A program made the position numbers and the translations under genes. From the human T2T-CHM13v2.0 reference genome, Homo sapiens, in the NCBI RefSeq assembly GCF_009914755.1, contig NC_060935.1: a DNA stretch of 64,000 nt. One strand, 5' to 3'. The notes under the pieces are model-generated. The model made no database searches. It saw only the letters and a program-made list of their open reading frames with translations, and had not been told where the DNA came from. Positions 14,201-26,479 of this stretch are shown piece by piece; position 1 is the stretch's first letter, and each line of letters starts with the position of its first letter.

Positions 14201-15415
14201 CGAGCTGCCCTCGGTTCCCAGGACCTCTGGGGCCACTAGCTGGGCTCCTGCCTGGTCACTCTCCTGTTCCTCATCCTCCGCACGCCCCCGGCACCCAGAC
14301 TTGGCACACTGGCTGCAGAGGCTCCCATTGCATGGTGCAGACAGCTCTCCCTGCACCCCCAGTGCCCGAACATGGAGTAGGTGCCAATGAATGCCTCCTG
14401 GGGGAGTCTGACCACGATGTGTATACAGTACAGCCGGGACTCCCCGGGGAGCAGGTCGGAAACCGCACCTGCTGACTTTCTTAGTTGTCTTTTGGGAAGG
14501 TGGGCTGGACCCCACTACATACTCCCCAAGGTCATGAGGGGCATCGGGGTGGGATCTTCCAGAACCTTCCCCATTCCTTCTACTATCCAACACTGACATG
14601 TGGGCCCCCACCCCTGACCTGGGGAGGCAAGGGCCGAGGAGTCAGGGAGGGTGGAGAGGAAGTGCCTCTCCCATGACACGTACTTTGCCCCCCACACCTT
14701 CCTGCTGGCAGCCCTGAAGGCGGGTAACAAGATGGAAGAACAGAGGTCACAGAAGAGAGAGGAACGGAGGTGAGTGCGGAGTCTCTTTCCAGCGGCTGTC
14801 CAGGTGGAGGAGACGGGGCGCTGTCTGGAACCGGCTTCCATGACGGCAGGGCGGGGGCACCGTCCTCTGCACTTTTGTACATCTTTGACATTTCCTATCA
14901 TACGAAGCCAAACGGGAGAGGACACAGATTTCTCTTGAAGGCACAAACTGAAGGGAAATCCACTACCCAGATGGAGTTTTAAGAGGAGAATTTTGGAAGA
15001 GCCTTAAAGCAGGAGAGGAAATTGGCATGATAGCAGCATTGCATCTCCCAGAGGGAGGCTAAGGGTTTTTAAGAAGGCAAAGGTGACAACCAGCTAGATA
15101 AGAGGCTCAAACAGGTGAAAAATCAAGTAACCGGCACAAGATAAAAGAGGTTATTAAGATAAGGGGATTAAGACTCAGGATGAGCTGGAGAATTCGCAGA
15201 GGAGCTGAGTAGCCTCTGCTGTGGGTTGGCAGGGGCCGGCCAGGTCTCCTCCGTGGGCTGCAGCCTCCAGAGAGCATGGACCCCCAGAGGCTCAGAACCT
15301 GCCCCAGCCCTGACCTCCCCACTGGGCCCACCACAGAGCCACCTTTATATATCAGCTGCCAAAGCCACCTCCAGGCCACTCCAGCCCTGTGTCTTAGCAA
15401 TAGCCCTTTCCAGAG

Positions 15416-15448
15416 GCTTCCAGCCTTATCAGCTTCCAGCCTTATCAG
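15416..15448. repeat. 16-bp tandem duplication (GCTTCCAGCCTTATCA)x2
   Basis: Read directly from the sequence. Confidence 0.9.
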
Positions 15449-16195
15449 AATGGCTCTCCCACTGTCCAGGGCCCCCCGAGCGTCCACACCACCACGCTGG
15501 AAGTCCCCAAGGCCGGAATGCAGCAGAGGCCCGGGTCAGGCCCCCCAGAGCTGTCTTCTGTTCCTACAGGCATGGGCTGGGGGGGCAGTCGCCCTTTGGG
15601 AGACCTCCCAGCACCCCTACCCTATCTGGTGGCCAGGAAAGGGGCAAGATCTTGCAGTGTACTGGCCTCTGGTGAGGGAGGCAGTGAGTGCTGTGACTGT
15701 GGCTGACCCTCTTGCCAGCATCCTCCCTGTCCCCATCAACATGACCAGAGTGCTTGCCGCTCCATGAGCTTCCCCTGCCCATGTGTGCCTGTGGCAGGGG
15801 TGCCGCCCGCGCAGGCCGTGGGGACAGTTTATGCGTCAGGCAGCAGCAGCAGCAGGTGCCCGCTGCAGCCTTGCCCAGGCTCTTTTGATCTGATTTGGTC
15901 CTCACGGTCGTCCTGGGAGGCAGGTCCTATCAGGACATGTGGTTTCCAGCACACAGCGGTGCTCCCCGAGGCCCCTGCGCCCTGTCCCTTCTTCCTCTTT
16001 GATCATCAAACGACCCCCCCGTCACTGACCAGTCAACGGGTGGTCACCGCCCTGGCAGGCACCACGTAGCCCGGGGCACAAGGGCCAGCTGTGGCTGCTG
16101 GTGAGTGTTCCCTGTGTGCCAGGTGCTGACATGCACGAGTGTGATGGTGGCCTTGCATTCCTCTTTCATCCTGACTGCTCACCACCCCCTTCCCA

Positions 16196-16342
16196 GGCAC
16201 ACACACACGGATGCATGGACACACACAACCACATGCATGGCACACACACATACACATGTGCACAGATGCATGCATGCACACACATGCATAAGCAGACAGA
16301 TGTGCATGCACACACACACAGACACACACGTACACACACACA
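16196..16342. repeat. Degenerate (CA)n/(CATG) alternating purine-pyrimidine tract
   Basis: CACACACAC and CACATGCATG runs. Confidence 0.9.
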
Positions 16343-17214
16343 GCAAATCAGGATGCTGAAGCCAACCAGCAGCTGTTTCCCCTGTTGGCATGGCTGCCGC
16401 TTCCCAAGAGGGCACTGTTGCCCTCCTGCCCCAGGCAGGAGGCTCCAGGCTAAGGACTGCATGCCTGAGTCTGAGCCAGTACAAAAAGGCAAGTTGCCCT
16501 CGGGAGCCAGGGTCCCAAGTCCCCGGGGGGAGCAGACGGTGCTTTTCTCCCCCTCACTTTTTAAAGACAGCTTTTTTTAAAAAAAAAGTTTTTTGGTTCC
16601 CAGGTAAACATGTCTGATGCAACCACAGGCCTGTCCCAGGTTGTCTTCCGGGCACCTGGGACCAGGATGCAGCCTTGGGGAGGAACCCAGCAGCTCCTCC
16701 TCCTTAGGGAGGAGCCCAGCAGCCCCTAGGTGGGCACGTCCCGCCCGTCCAAGCTGGGCTGCCATGTCAGCAGCGTGCAGAAACCATCTCAGGGGCAAGA
16801 CAGGGGTCAGGAGGCCAGGGAATCAAGGTGTCCTGCCCCACAGACACAGAGGCCAGCGGCCTGTGGTGTCGTGAGAGCTCACTGGAGAAACATGCCTCTG
16901 GGGGGAGCAGAACTCTTCCCTTCCCCGGGGTCTCCCCCGTGGCCACACCCAACTTTCATTCCCAGCTCACTGCTGACAGCCTGGGTGTCCCAGGCAGCTC
17001 CTGGTTTCTTGGAAAGCCTCACTATTCTCATCTGTGAAATGAAAAACCCCCTGCTCCCTAGAACTAAACACGACTGTGATCACGCACGCCTGCATCTGTG
17101 ATGTCATCCCCATGCCCCAGAATGCCACCCCTGGTCTTTCTACAGGTTCCGATCCTAGTCCGTCTTCCCAGGAGTCACGGCGGGCTGCCCGCTGTGGCCA
17201 CCCTCTCCCGGCGG

Positions 17215-17608
17215 TGGAGGGTTGAATTGTGTCTTCATGAAAGGTGTGTCCAAGTCCTAACCTCAGTACCTGTGACCCTGACCTTGGAAAGAGGGTCACT
17301 GTATGGGGTCCTCATCCAATGCCTGGGGTCCACGTGTGAAAAGACAGGGGAGGAGACACAGACAGGGGAGAACGTGCCGTGAAGACAGAGGCGGAGATCG
17401 GAGTGATGCCGCCACGAGCCAAGGAACACCTGGAGCCCCTGGGAGCTGGAAGAGGCAGGAAGAATCCTCCCCCAGAGCCTTCGGAGGGAGCGCAGCCCTG
17501 CCGGCACTGGGATTTCAGACTTCTGGGCTCCATCACTGTGAATGACTCTGTGTTGTTCTAAGCTACCTAGTTTGTGGTCATTTGTTATGGCAGCCCCAGA
17601 GCACTCAT
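17215..17608 (+). mobile_element. MLT1B/C-type MaLR LTR
   Basis: GGTTGAATTGTGTC ... GAAGACAGAGGCGGAGATCGGAGTGATG ... AGCCAAGGAACACC ... TTTGTTATGGCAGCCC. Confidence 0.85.
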
Positions 17609-18489
17609 GCCCTGGGTACAGAGCTGGGAGCAGGGAAGGGCCTGGCCAAAGGTGTGAACGCCTCTTCCTCAGCCCCTCTGCCACCAGCATGAAGAAACTG
17701 CAGAAAAGTCCCCACTTCACACAGCAGGTGACCAGACAGACCCGGCATCAGCCTGACCTGGCCGCTTCCTGCCAGCACAGCTGTCTTCCCCACTCCCCAT
17801 GTGCTGGGGGTGCATCCAAACCGACCCCTGCCCTTTTTCCCATGAAAAGCCAAGGGGTTGAAGATGAAGCCTCATGTACCTTTATTTCCCCCACGGCACA
17901 AAAAAACGGTTCTTACACCCCTCTGGGATCCCCGCTGAACACACTGTCCTGGCGTTAATCCAAAAAGAAAACCGGTGACTCCTCGGAGAATGGTCCATGA
18001 CTCGGCAGATGCCAGTCTGCCCCGTGGGAAGGGGTCTCCAGGCAACACAGCCACGCTGTGCTGGGAACCTGGATGGGCCCCGTCACTGGGGTCACCTTCT
18101 CCTGCCTCCCTGGGGCGGGCTTTGCAGCCCCGACAGCTGCCTGTTCCTCCGGCTGCTCCTGGAGAGGGGCCCGTTCTCAAATCTCCTGGAATTGGCCACT
18201 GAAGGCCCCCCTCTGCCTCTCGAGCCAGCTCGGAAGTGTGCACGTCACCGAGGCTTCTGGTGACACCAGCAGTACAGGTGGCCTTCACCATTAGGTCACA
18301 GTGAGAAAGCGAGGCCTTCTGCATTCTCTTCCCAGCCTCCCGATTACATCAAGGGACAAGAGTATGGGTCTTTATGGTGGCTCTGCCCCTGCTCATCTCT
18401 CTATTTAAGGGAGGCAGGGTGGCCCTGGGGGCAAAGCTCACAGCAAACAATGTGAGTCCATGTGGCCAGGGCACACAAAAGCTAACATG

Positions 18490-18715
18490 TAGTCAGTGGT
18501 TCGTGTTCATGGTGCGTGTTTTCATAGTTACCTGCAGTTTATCACAGGTGACGTTGATTTTTTAACCGCAGCAATGATTAACACGTCTTCTAGGTATAAA
18601 GGTACTTCAAAAAGAAGTGAGTTGATTTATTAAAGATCTAGGTCTTAAATAACAGTATAGGTGACACTGGATTGCCAAGGTGGTCTGCGCACACTGAAAG
18701 CTGTTCTAAACATGC
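18490..18715. mobile_element. hAT-Charlie DNA transposon fragment (MER113-like)
   Basis: AT-rich island; GTGAGTTGATTTA...TAAATAACAGTATAGGTG...AAGGTGGTCTGCG resembles the recalled MER113 terminus. Confidence 0.45.
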
Positions 18716-19384
18716 CAGAAGCTGCTCAAAATGTGGGGCCCACAGGAGAAGGCTCCTGTGTTCCCTTCTCCTGTGGGCAGGGACCAGGCCTTGGTTTTCA
18801 CCAGGTCCCCTTCCAGGGATCCCATGTGGAACAGCAGCGGGGGCCTGCAGGATTATCGGGAGCGGCCTGCGAGGCGCGATGGGCTCGGGCTCAGGCGAGG
18901 CACGCAGCGCCCCTAAGCCTGGCTCTATCCTGAAAGGGCACCTAAGCGTGAACAGAGCCGGTGCCTGCAAAACCTCCAGGAAGAGCTGGGTGCGAGTGGG
19001 CGTTTGATACACGCTGCTGGCTGTCAATACCGTGTGATCCACACTGGATGTTGAGCGAGAAACAGAAGAATGAAGAACACAGAAAAGTAAAGAGCCCTCT
19101 AAACAGCCCAATCAAGCATCATGGAATACCACGTGCCAGGTCTCATTCATGCCTCGCTGGTACTTCCCGGGTCCTCCTGCCGCGTCCGTCCGCTCCCGGT
19201 TTGCTCACTTTTCTAACAATCTTACTCATCTGGTTTCCTAGACAGCAGTGGGCGGGAATGAGCATTGACAGCCCCTCCAACAAGGAGAAGAGGAGGAGTC
19301 TGGGGCCATTGAGTACAGGGAGAAACAGCCCACAGAGTGCAACATCCCCCAGGCGCCAGGGGGTCCCGGCTACGAGGTGAGCTG

Positions 19385-19585
19385 CTTCCAATCCCAGTCC
19401 TGTCATGTAGCGGTGGGTGACTCTGGGCAGGTTTCCTCACCTCTCCGAGCCCCAGTGTCCCCACCTGTAAAATGGGGACAATAATAGAACTTATGGCATA
19501 GGGTTGTTTCAAGGGTTAAAGGAGATAAGTCATTCCAAAAGCCTCCATAAAATACATGTTAATCATTATCAAAATTAGCTGTTAT
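19385..19585 (+). mobile_element. MIR SINE
   Basis: GTGACTCTGGGCAGGTTTCCTCACCTCTCCGAGCCCCAGTGTCCCCACCTGTAAAATGGGGACAATAATAG (MIR core). Confidence 0.85.
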
Positions 19586-20966
19586 AATGACACAAGTCAG
19601 CAGGAAGAGGGTTCCAGTGTTTCTCATGTAGACCTCAAGGTTGCATGTAATGCATTTTGGGATATGCACGGAACAGGGCAAATGTGTTTAAAGATCTGAG
19701 CCTCCATGGGAATAAGCTGCTCTTGTGTGGGAAAGCCCCCTCTAGCCTGAAGATGTGGCTGCCTGAGGTCACAAATTCCTGGGGCTATTCCTGCTCTGGC
19801 AAGCTGCGGGGGCTGATGACGCCAGCACCGTCGCTAGGGCTGAGGCCCAGGAATAATGAATGGCCACAGCCAGGAACAGGCGCCCACCAGAGACAAACAG
19901 CATGTTCCTTGCACATTCAAAGCAGACACAGTTTAAAAATAATGAACAGGGCGGGAGGACAGTTATTCCTGAGGTCATTCGTTAAACCTCAATTTCAAAA
20001 CTGACCACAGGCTCAAGCTGCCGGGAAGCACAGCCCCAAGTTGGCACGACTCCCGAGTGGCCCACCAGGCCCGGCTGCGGGTGACGGGTGGGTGTCCACT
20101 ATGGCTGCTCAGGAGAAGCCTTTTGTTTTCATTTTCTTTTTTGCTACATTTGAAGTTCTTCTCAGAGCCCTGGATAGCAGAGGCTCCATATGAATGCAGC
20201 CCAGATAAGGTGGCTGCAGCTGGGAGCCCCGGGGTTACCGGCTCCCCAACAGCGCCGTCAGCCCCGCACACACAGCAGGGAGCCCCAGGGCAGGCCCGCA
20301 GCCCCCAAGGAAGGTCTGTGCCCGGGAAACACATGGCATTCAAACCGCCGCTGGTGTGTGGCCCCTTATCCACTCTCCCTGGGAGGAAAGGCCCCGTGTG
20401 GTGTCCAGAGAGCTGCTGTAGGAGGTGTTTGCTAGACTGGGCCAGAGGGCAAAGGTGAAGGGGCGGCTGACACACTCCAGCCCACAGATCCTGGCCCAGG
20501 ATGCTGGGACCTGGAGAGCACGGCCCTGCGTGCAGCACCTGCCAGTAGGTAGCAGGATGTGTCGTAGAGGGCTTGCTGACCCCAAACATGCCGAGTCACC
20601 CACATCCCGGCCTCCCCGCCCACTTTGCCGGTGGGACAGAGTGGCTGACGGCGTGTGGCACAGGCGGGGTGAGCCCGGAAGGGTGAGCATGCGCCTGCTG
20701 ACGCTTCGTTCACCAAGCGGGGGGCCTCTACAGCTCGCCCAGGTTCCAGCTGAGCCAGGCCTCTTGGGAAGGCGTAAAACAGTCAAGATTCAAGCAGGTG
20801 AAATCTGAGAACACTGCACACACTCATGGGTGCGGAAGGCTCTGATCACATCAAAATCTTACTCCGGGCAAATGCTGGGCCCTCACAGGGGATAAAAACA
20901 GAACCCACTGACGAGACGCCTGGCAGTGCGGGGGCCCCAGGGTTAGTCTGACTGCTCCACTACCCA

Positions 20967-21470
20967 TGGTTATGGGCTAAATGTGTCCCCTCAATCCATG
21001 TGTTGATGTCTCAGCCCCTAGGACCTGAGAAAGCGGCTGTACTTGGAGATGGGGTCTTTAAAGAGCCCCCTATATACCTAATGTAAATGACGAGTTAATG
21101 GGTGCGGCACACCAACATGGCACATGTATACATATGTAACAAACCTGCACGTTGTGCACATGTACCCTAGAACTTAAAGTATAATAATAATAATAATAAT
21201 AAAAAGAGCCCATTAAATTAAAACAGGTCATTAGGGTGGGCCCTAGTCCAATCTCACTGGTGTCCTTATAAAAAGAGGAGATGAGGACACAGGCACACAG
21301 AGGGATGACCCTGCAAGGACACAGGGAGAAAGAAGGTGGTTATCTGCATGACAAGGAGCGAGGCCTCAGGAGAAACCAGCCCTGAAAGGCCTCGATCTTG
21401 GACTCCAGCCTCCAGAACTGAGAGAGAATCAACGTCTGGGCTGCTTAGTGGTGGAAACCCCAGCAAGCTC
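20967..21470 (+). mobile_element. MLT1A-type MaLR LTR, interrupted by an L1PA fragment
   Basis: TTATGGGCTAAATGTGTCCCC ... GGTCATTAGGGTGGGCCCTA ... GGCCTCAGGAGAAACCAGCCCTG ... CAGCCTCCAGAACTG. Confidence 0.85.
21071..21203 (+). mobile_element. 5'-truncated L1PA (L1PA4-like) 3' end with TSD
   Basis: ATATACCTAATGTAAATGACGAGTTAATGGGTG...TACCCTAGAACTTAAAGTATAATAA, (TAA)n tail; TSD AAAGAGCCC at 21060-21068 and 21203-21211. Confidence 0.93.
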
Positions 21471-21687
21471 ACACACCGGCCCAGGAGGGCCTTCCTAGGA
21501 CAGTTGGGCTACAGCACCAGCTTCCTTGGGAAAAAGGGATTTCTCCCTTGACACATCTGGAGGTGCTACAGGGACCCTCTCCAGGAATAATGTCCGGCAC
21601 AGCCTGGCAGACTTCGGCTCAAATCTGCCTGGGCCACTTCCCAGCTGGTGACCTGGGGTGATCCCAAGCACCGAGGGGGGATGGGTG

Positions 21688-21963
21688 CCCCAGCTCTGCC
21701 ACTCACCCCAGCTCTGCCACTCACCCTAGCTCTGCCACTCACTCCCCCCAGCTTTGCCACTCCCCCCAGCTCTGCCACTCACCCCAGGTCTGCCACTCAC
21801 TCACCCCAGCTCTGCCACTCACTCACCCCAGCTCTGCCACTCACCCCAGCTCTGCCACTCACTCCCCCCAGCTTTGCCACTCACCCCAGGTCTGCCACTC
21901 ACTCACCCCAGCTCTGCCACTCACTCACCCCAGCTCTGCCACTCACCCCAGCTTTGCCACTCA
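21688..21963. repeat. Minisatellite, 18-bp core CCCCAGCTCTGCCACTCA (+/- CTCA), ~14 copies
   Basis: Read directly from the sequence. Confidence 0.96.
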
Positions 21964-24862
21964 TGTCTGAAGTGGCCGGATGGCCAGGGCAGCAGCCACT
22001 ACGCCGACAGTTCACTTCCATTTAACCCAGCTTTGTGGAGATGCCGCGGGTCTGGGGCTTGGCTGGTATTCCCAAGCCCCGTCTCCCCGTCTTTGGCAAG
22101 GCCACACACGTGTGGTTTCAGCAAGGGGTTGCTGTGCTGGAACCGGCTGTGAGCAGACCTGCAGAACCTCAGCCGGACCCCACCCTTCCCAGGCCCTCAG
22201 TCTCAGGCTCAAGCCTGTGTTTCTGGTTTTAATTAACAAAATGTGTTGGTCACTGAGAGGCCCTGGCAAACATCTATGTATGGTGTGTCCCCTGGGGGCC
22301 AGGATTCCTCCCACAGCCCTATGCTGAGGCAGAGTAAGGGTGGGGGTAGGGATGATTCCCTCTGGGACAAGGGGGAAGGGAAGGGAAGTCAGCACTGAGC
22401 ACAGGAGGGACCAGGCCCCATCTCGCTGGGCTGCTGACCCCACCCCAGGTCAGTCCCCCGGGAGAGTGCCCTCGGCCGTGCCCAAGGAAACCGGAACGCT
22501 TGCTCCAGGGATGGAATGGAACTACCAGAATGTCCTTCCGAAGGATGGAAATCCGTGTGATTTATGTACATAAAGCAAGGAAAATGTACAAGGAATACAG
22601 AACCACACAGACAAGAAGAGGTTGCAGAGGGCGGTCAACTACTGTTTTTGCGACTTCTCTGCGACTCTAACACGATCAGAAAGAAGGATGTGAGCGGAAG
22701 TCAGTGGTCACGTGACATCTGTCTGCATGTGTTTATGGATCCATCCATATATAGTAAAGCCCAAAGCCCGCCTGGGAGTGTGAGCCTGGAAACCCAGGAT
22801 GGCGGCTCTGGGGAAAGAATCGAGCTCTGGGGCCCTCCCTACACGCAACTTGTAGCTGCTGAAAGACGCCTAAAGCAAATACAAGCCAGGTGCCAGGACC
22901 TTGACGACGCTGGGGTTGGTTCTGTTATTCTGCATGGTTCCCGTGTTTAGATCTTTCACAATCATTCATTATGCATAAGCGTTTTCATTAACGATATAGG
23001 CGTGATAGGAGGCGGCCCCTCCCTGCTCTGAGAGCCCATGCCACTTCCACACAGGCCGAGGGCCGGCACCCACGGTGAGCTGGCTCATGCTCCCACCACG
23101 TCCCGAGGCACCTCCAGGAGACTGGCCCTGCAATGGCCCATTTCACAGACGAGGAAACTAAGGCCTGGGGCTTTAAGACTTGCCCATGGCCCCACACAGG
23201 GTGGGGATTCCCACCTGCTTTGCCAACCGCTAAGCCCATGCTCCAAGCACTGCACCCCGTCCACAAGGTCAGACGGGCCACTCCTCGGGGCCCCCAAGGG
23301 CAGCAAGCTCCCAGTTCGCACAGGTCAGAACGTGAAGGATGCCTTTGCAGGGCGGTGCTTACGGCCCAGGGCACCTGGCTTCACGCACTAATGATCAGAG
23401 AGCCGCGTGCCTCCGTGCAAAACACCCAGGCCAAACACATGGGAGCAGACTCACGGCCCACGAGGGAGGAAAGCAAGCGGTGCTTCCCGAGCACGTGGGA
23501 AAAAGTGGGCCTTGCGGGGCCCAGATCTAAGGGAGTCAGGGCCGGCAGCAGAGAGACCCTGACCCGTAAAAGGATGGGAAGGGGCAGATAAGGAAGGAGC
23601 CTGGACTTACGAGAGGTCACCCTGATGAGACAGGGTTCCAGGAGAAGGTGACGTCCCCAGGAGACCCGGGGAGGCCAAGAGGGGGCCTGGGCACCAAGCT
23701 AGCTAGCCTAGATGTCTGGTGTCCCACTGGTACTGAGGCAGCACCCCGATGGAGGCAGGCTTTGCAGGCCTGGGAAGGGCCTGTGCCAAGACAGAGAGGG
23801 GCAGGAGAGCCCCAGCCAGCTTGACTGGGGTGGCTCCACAGGCCAGCCCTGTGCTCAGCAGGTGGGCGCCACAAGGCCACTTCCTGCCACCCACATCACT
23901 TTAGAGTGTGAGCACCCAGCAGCCCATGGAGCAGAGATGAAGGCGGCCCCGCCCTCGGCCGGCTGGGGACTGAGTAACTCGTTCTCCTCTGCTCACAACA
24001 ATCAGATGAGCGAGAAACTGGCCCAGCCTGCTGGGCTTGCAGCAGCCGGAAGGTTCTTCTGGCCGTTGGTGGGCACCTGCCAGCAGGGAGGGTCTGGGCA
24101 GGAAAGAGCCACATAGCTGCACTTGGTGCAGGGACGAGGGTGGGGATTCCTGACATCCTCGACCACGGCAGCCGTGTGTGTTCAGCAGCACACTGGGGCC
24201 AAGCACCCTTGGGTGCCAGTCACCAACAGAGAGCACCTCTGTCCCCCTCTCTCTGTGAGCCTTCGTGGGAGCCTGGCTGCCGGGCTGGGGAGAATGACCC
24301 ACTCTGGCACTGTAATGGGACAAACAACCAGGCCCTGTCCCGAAGCGGCCTCAGCCTCAGGTTTCCAGACGGGGCCCACATCCTGACGTTTCTAGGTGTT
24401 CTTCATGCTCCAAACTCTCCCAGCCTCCTGTGGCCAAGCGGCCTGCCCCGGCCTGCCCTTTGGGGACAGCTGTGCCGTTCCGAGGCAGAATCTAGGTCTC
24501 GGAGCGAGAGAAATCTGTGCTCTTCTGCAGGAGCTGGGCCCAAAGTGGAAACCCAGCATGGGCGCTGGAGTGGGCGAGGGTTCCCTTCAAAGCTGGCTGC
24601 TCTTTTCCTCTGCCCCAAGGAGATCAGAGGGTGCCACGTGGGAGCACGCGCTCCTACAAAGCACAAACGGCTCTTGGTGCCCACACTGGCACCTGCTTTT
24701 CCGACCTGCAGAGAGCTCTTCCTGTCCTGGCCCCAGGATGTGCAAGACAGCAGGGTGGAGATTTGTGGGAAAGTGGGGCGTCCTCGGCAGCATCAGGCCA
24801 GTCCACCGCCCCAGGACCAGCCATGGGGACACCCCACGTGCAGAAGCTAGACTCACGGAGCA

Positions 24863-24951
24863 TCAGTGACACATGAGACCTCTTCTGGGCTGCACACTGG
24901 TGCATGGTCAGTGACACATGAGGCCTCTTCTGGGCTGCACACAGTGGTGCA
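24863..24951. repeat. 45-bp tandem duplication
   Basis: TCAGTGACACATGAG(A/G)CCTCTTCTGGGCTGCACAC starts at 24863 and 24908. Confidence 0.92.
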
Positions 24952-26479
24952 GGAGAGAGGGAGGGAGGAAGGACGAGAAAGATTTCCAATCACTCAGTCT
25001 CAAACCTTTGAAAACTAGTGGATGCTTCTTTCTGCATAAAACCTGGGGTGCATCCTCAAGATATAAAACAGCTCAAGGAGCAGGAGCAGATGGACAGAAG
25101 CCCTTGGAGAAGCCAGGGCCTCGGGAGTGAAGAGGGAGCTCTGGATGTCCAAGTTCCCTTCTCGGTTCCTGCCGGGGTGTTGCCCGTGTGCAGGAGCCTT
25201 AGCCCCGCAGGTGTGGGGGTTGCGGGCAAATGTCAGGGATGGGGGTGCCTTAAAGATGGAGAAACTGAAGCCCAGCGAGGAGCAGCACCACGACCCTGCC
25301 ATTCTTGGGGCCCCATTTCCTCCGTCTCAGAGGGGAGCCTGTCAGATGCTGTGAGCCCTCGGGCCAGCCACCCTCTGAACACAAGGGACAGCAGGTTGAG
25401 GGCACAGGCGAGAGTGTGCACGCACCCTGAGGCCACAGAGAATGAAACATGAGGGTCGGTTTCTGCCCAGGAGACAGGTATGTTCTTGAGGCGGGCGCGG
25501 GGAAGAGGTAGAACTCTCAGGTGTCCCTGGGGCTGGGGGATCTCACTACCTCTGTAGCTCGTCTTTGAGCATTAATGCTAAGTCCCAGCACCCCGTCCAC
25601 AGCACCCCAGCCTCAGGGTAACGAGGCCTGGTACCTAACCCACAAAGTGCTCGCTGGTAGGGAGTGTGCAGGCCAGACACTAAGGCATTCCAGTTCTCCC
25701 TGGCCCTGTGCCAGGCCACTAACTGGATCCGCTGCACTCAGGGACACCATGTACTATGGTCCCTGCTCTACAGGTGAGGACAGCAGCCTCAAAGAGCCCA
25801 GGCCAACTGCTTCCCATGGACTCGCTGCCCCTTCACAGGTCAGGAGTCCCCTGAGACAGCTCAGGGCAGCCTGGGACCAATGCCAAGTTCAGGAGCAGAG
25901 GAGAGGGCTAGAGAGGTGGAGGGTCTGCCGGCAGAGACAGGGTGCACCTGGGGAGGGCCAGGGCCACGGCTGGGTGGGGTGGCCCAGGACTATCTGAGTC
26001 AGGGAGATGGTGGCTGGAGGGTGGAAACCTTTGACTGGCAGCCCATAGGGGTGGGGTAGGGGGTCATGCCAGTCACCCACACAATGGCTGATGCTCACCC
26101 AGCGCTTGTGTACAAAGACCATCTAGGGCCAGCCATGAGCCTCACTTTACAGACGGGGTAACCAAGGTTTAGGAGGCAAATAAACTCTGCTGACCCTGGC
26201 ACCTGGGGTGAAGAATTCCGGCTGCGTCTTCCTCGGCTAGGCCTTCTGATCAGATCCGAGGCGGTGCCTGCCACCATCACCACCATCAATCTCTTAGGCC
26301 CAGCCCCCTCCCTGCCCTGGCCCCACCAGCCCTCCAGAACAGGGTCACATGCCCCACCCTGGTGCCTGCTGGCTCTGGCTTGAATTTTGCTAAATTTGGG
26401 TGACTTCCTAAGGCAGCAGGGGGTGGGGTGGGGGTGAGGTTCATCCTGTAAGGAGGGCATCTAGCGTTCCTGCCCCACG

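Noticed and set aside
14583-14891. ORF MSKMYKSAEDG... and a plus-strand AG|GTGAGT donor at ~14770
   Set aside because: There is no recognisable homology, and isolated splice-like motifs are common by chance.
19130-19240. Possible minus-strand cassette exon (TCTAG|GAAACCAGATGAGT... GTG|GTATTC)
   Set aside because: The polypyrimidine tract and donor are weak, the frame stops early, and there is no supporting evidence.
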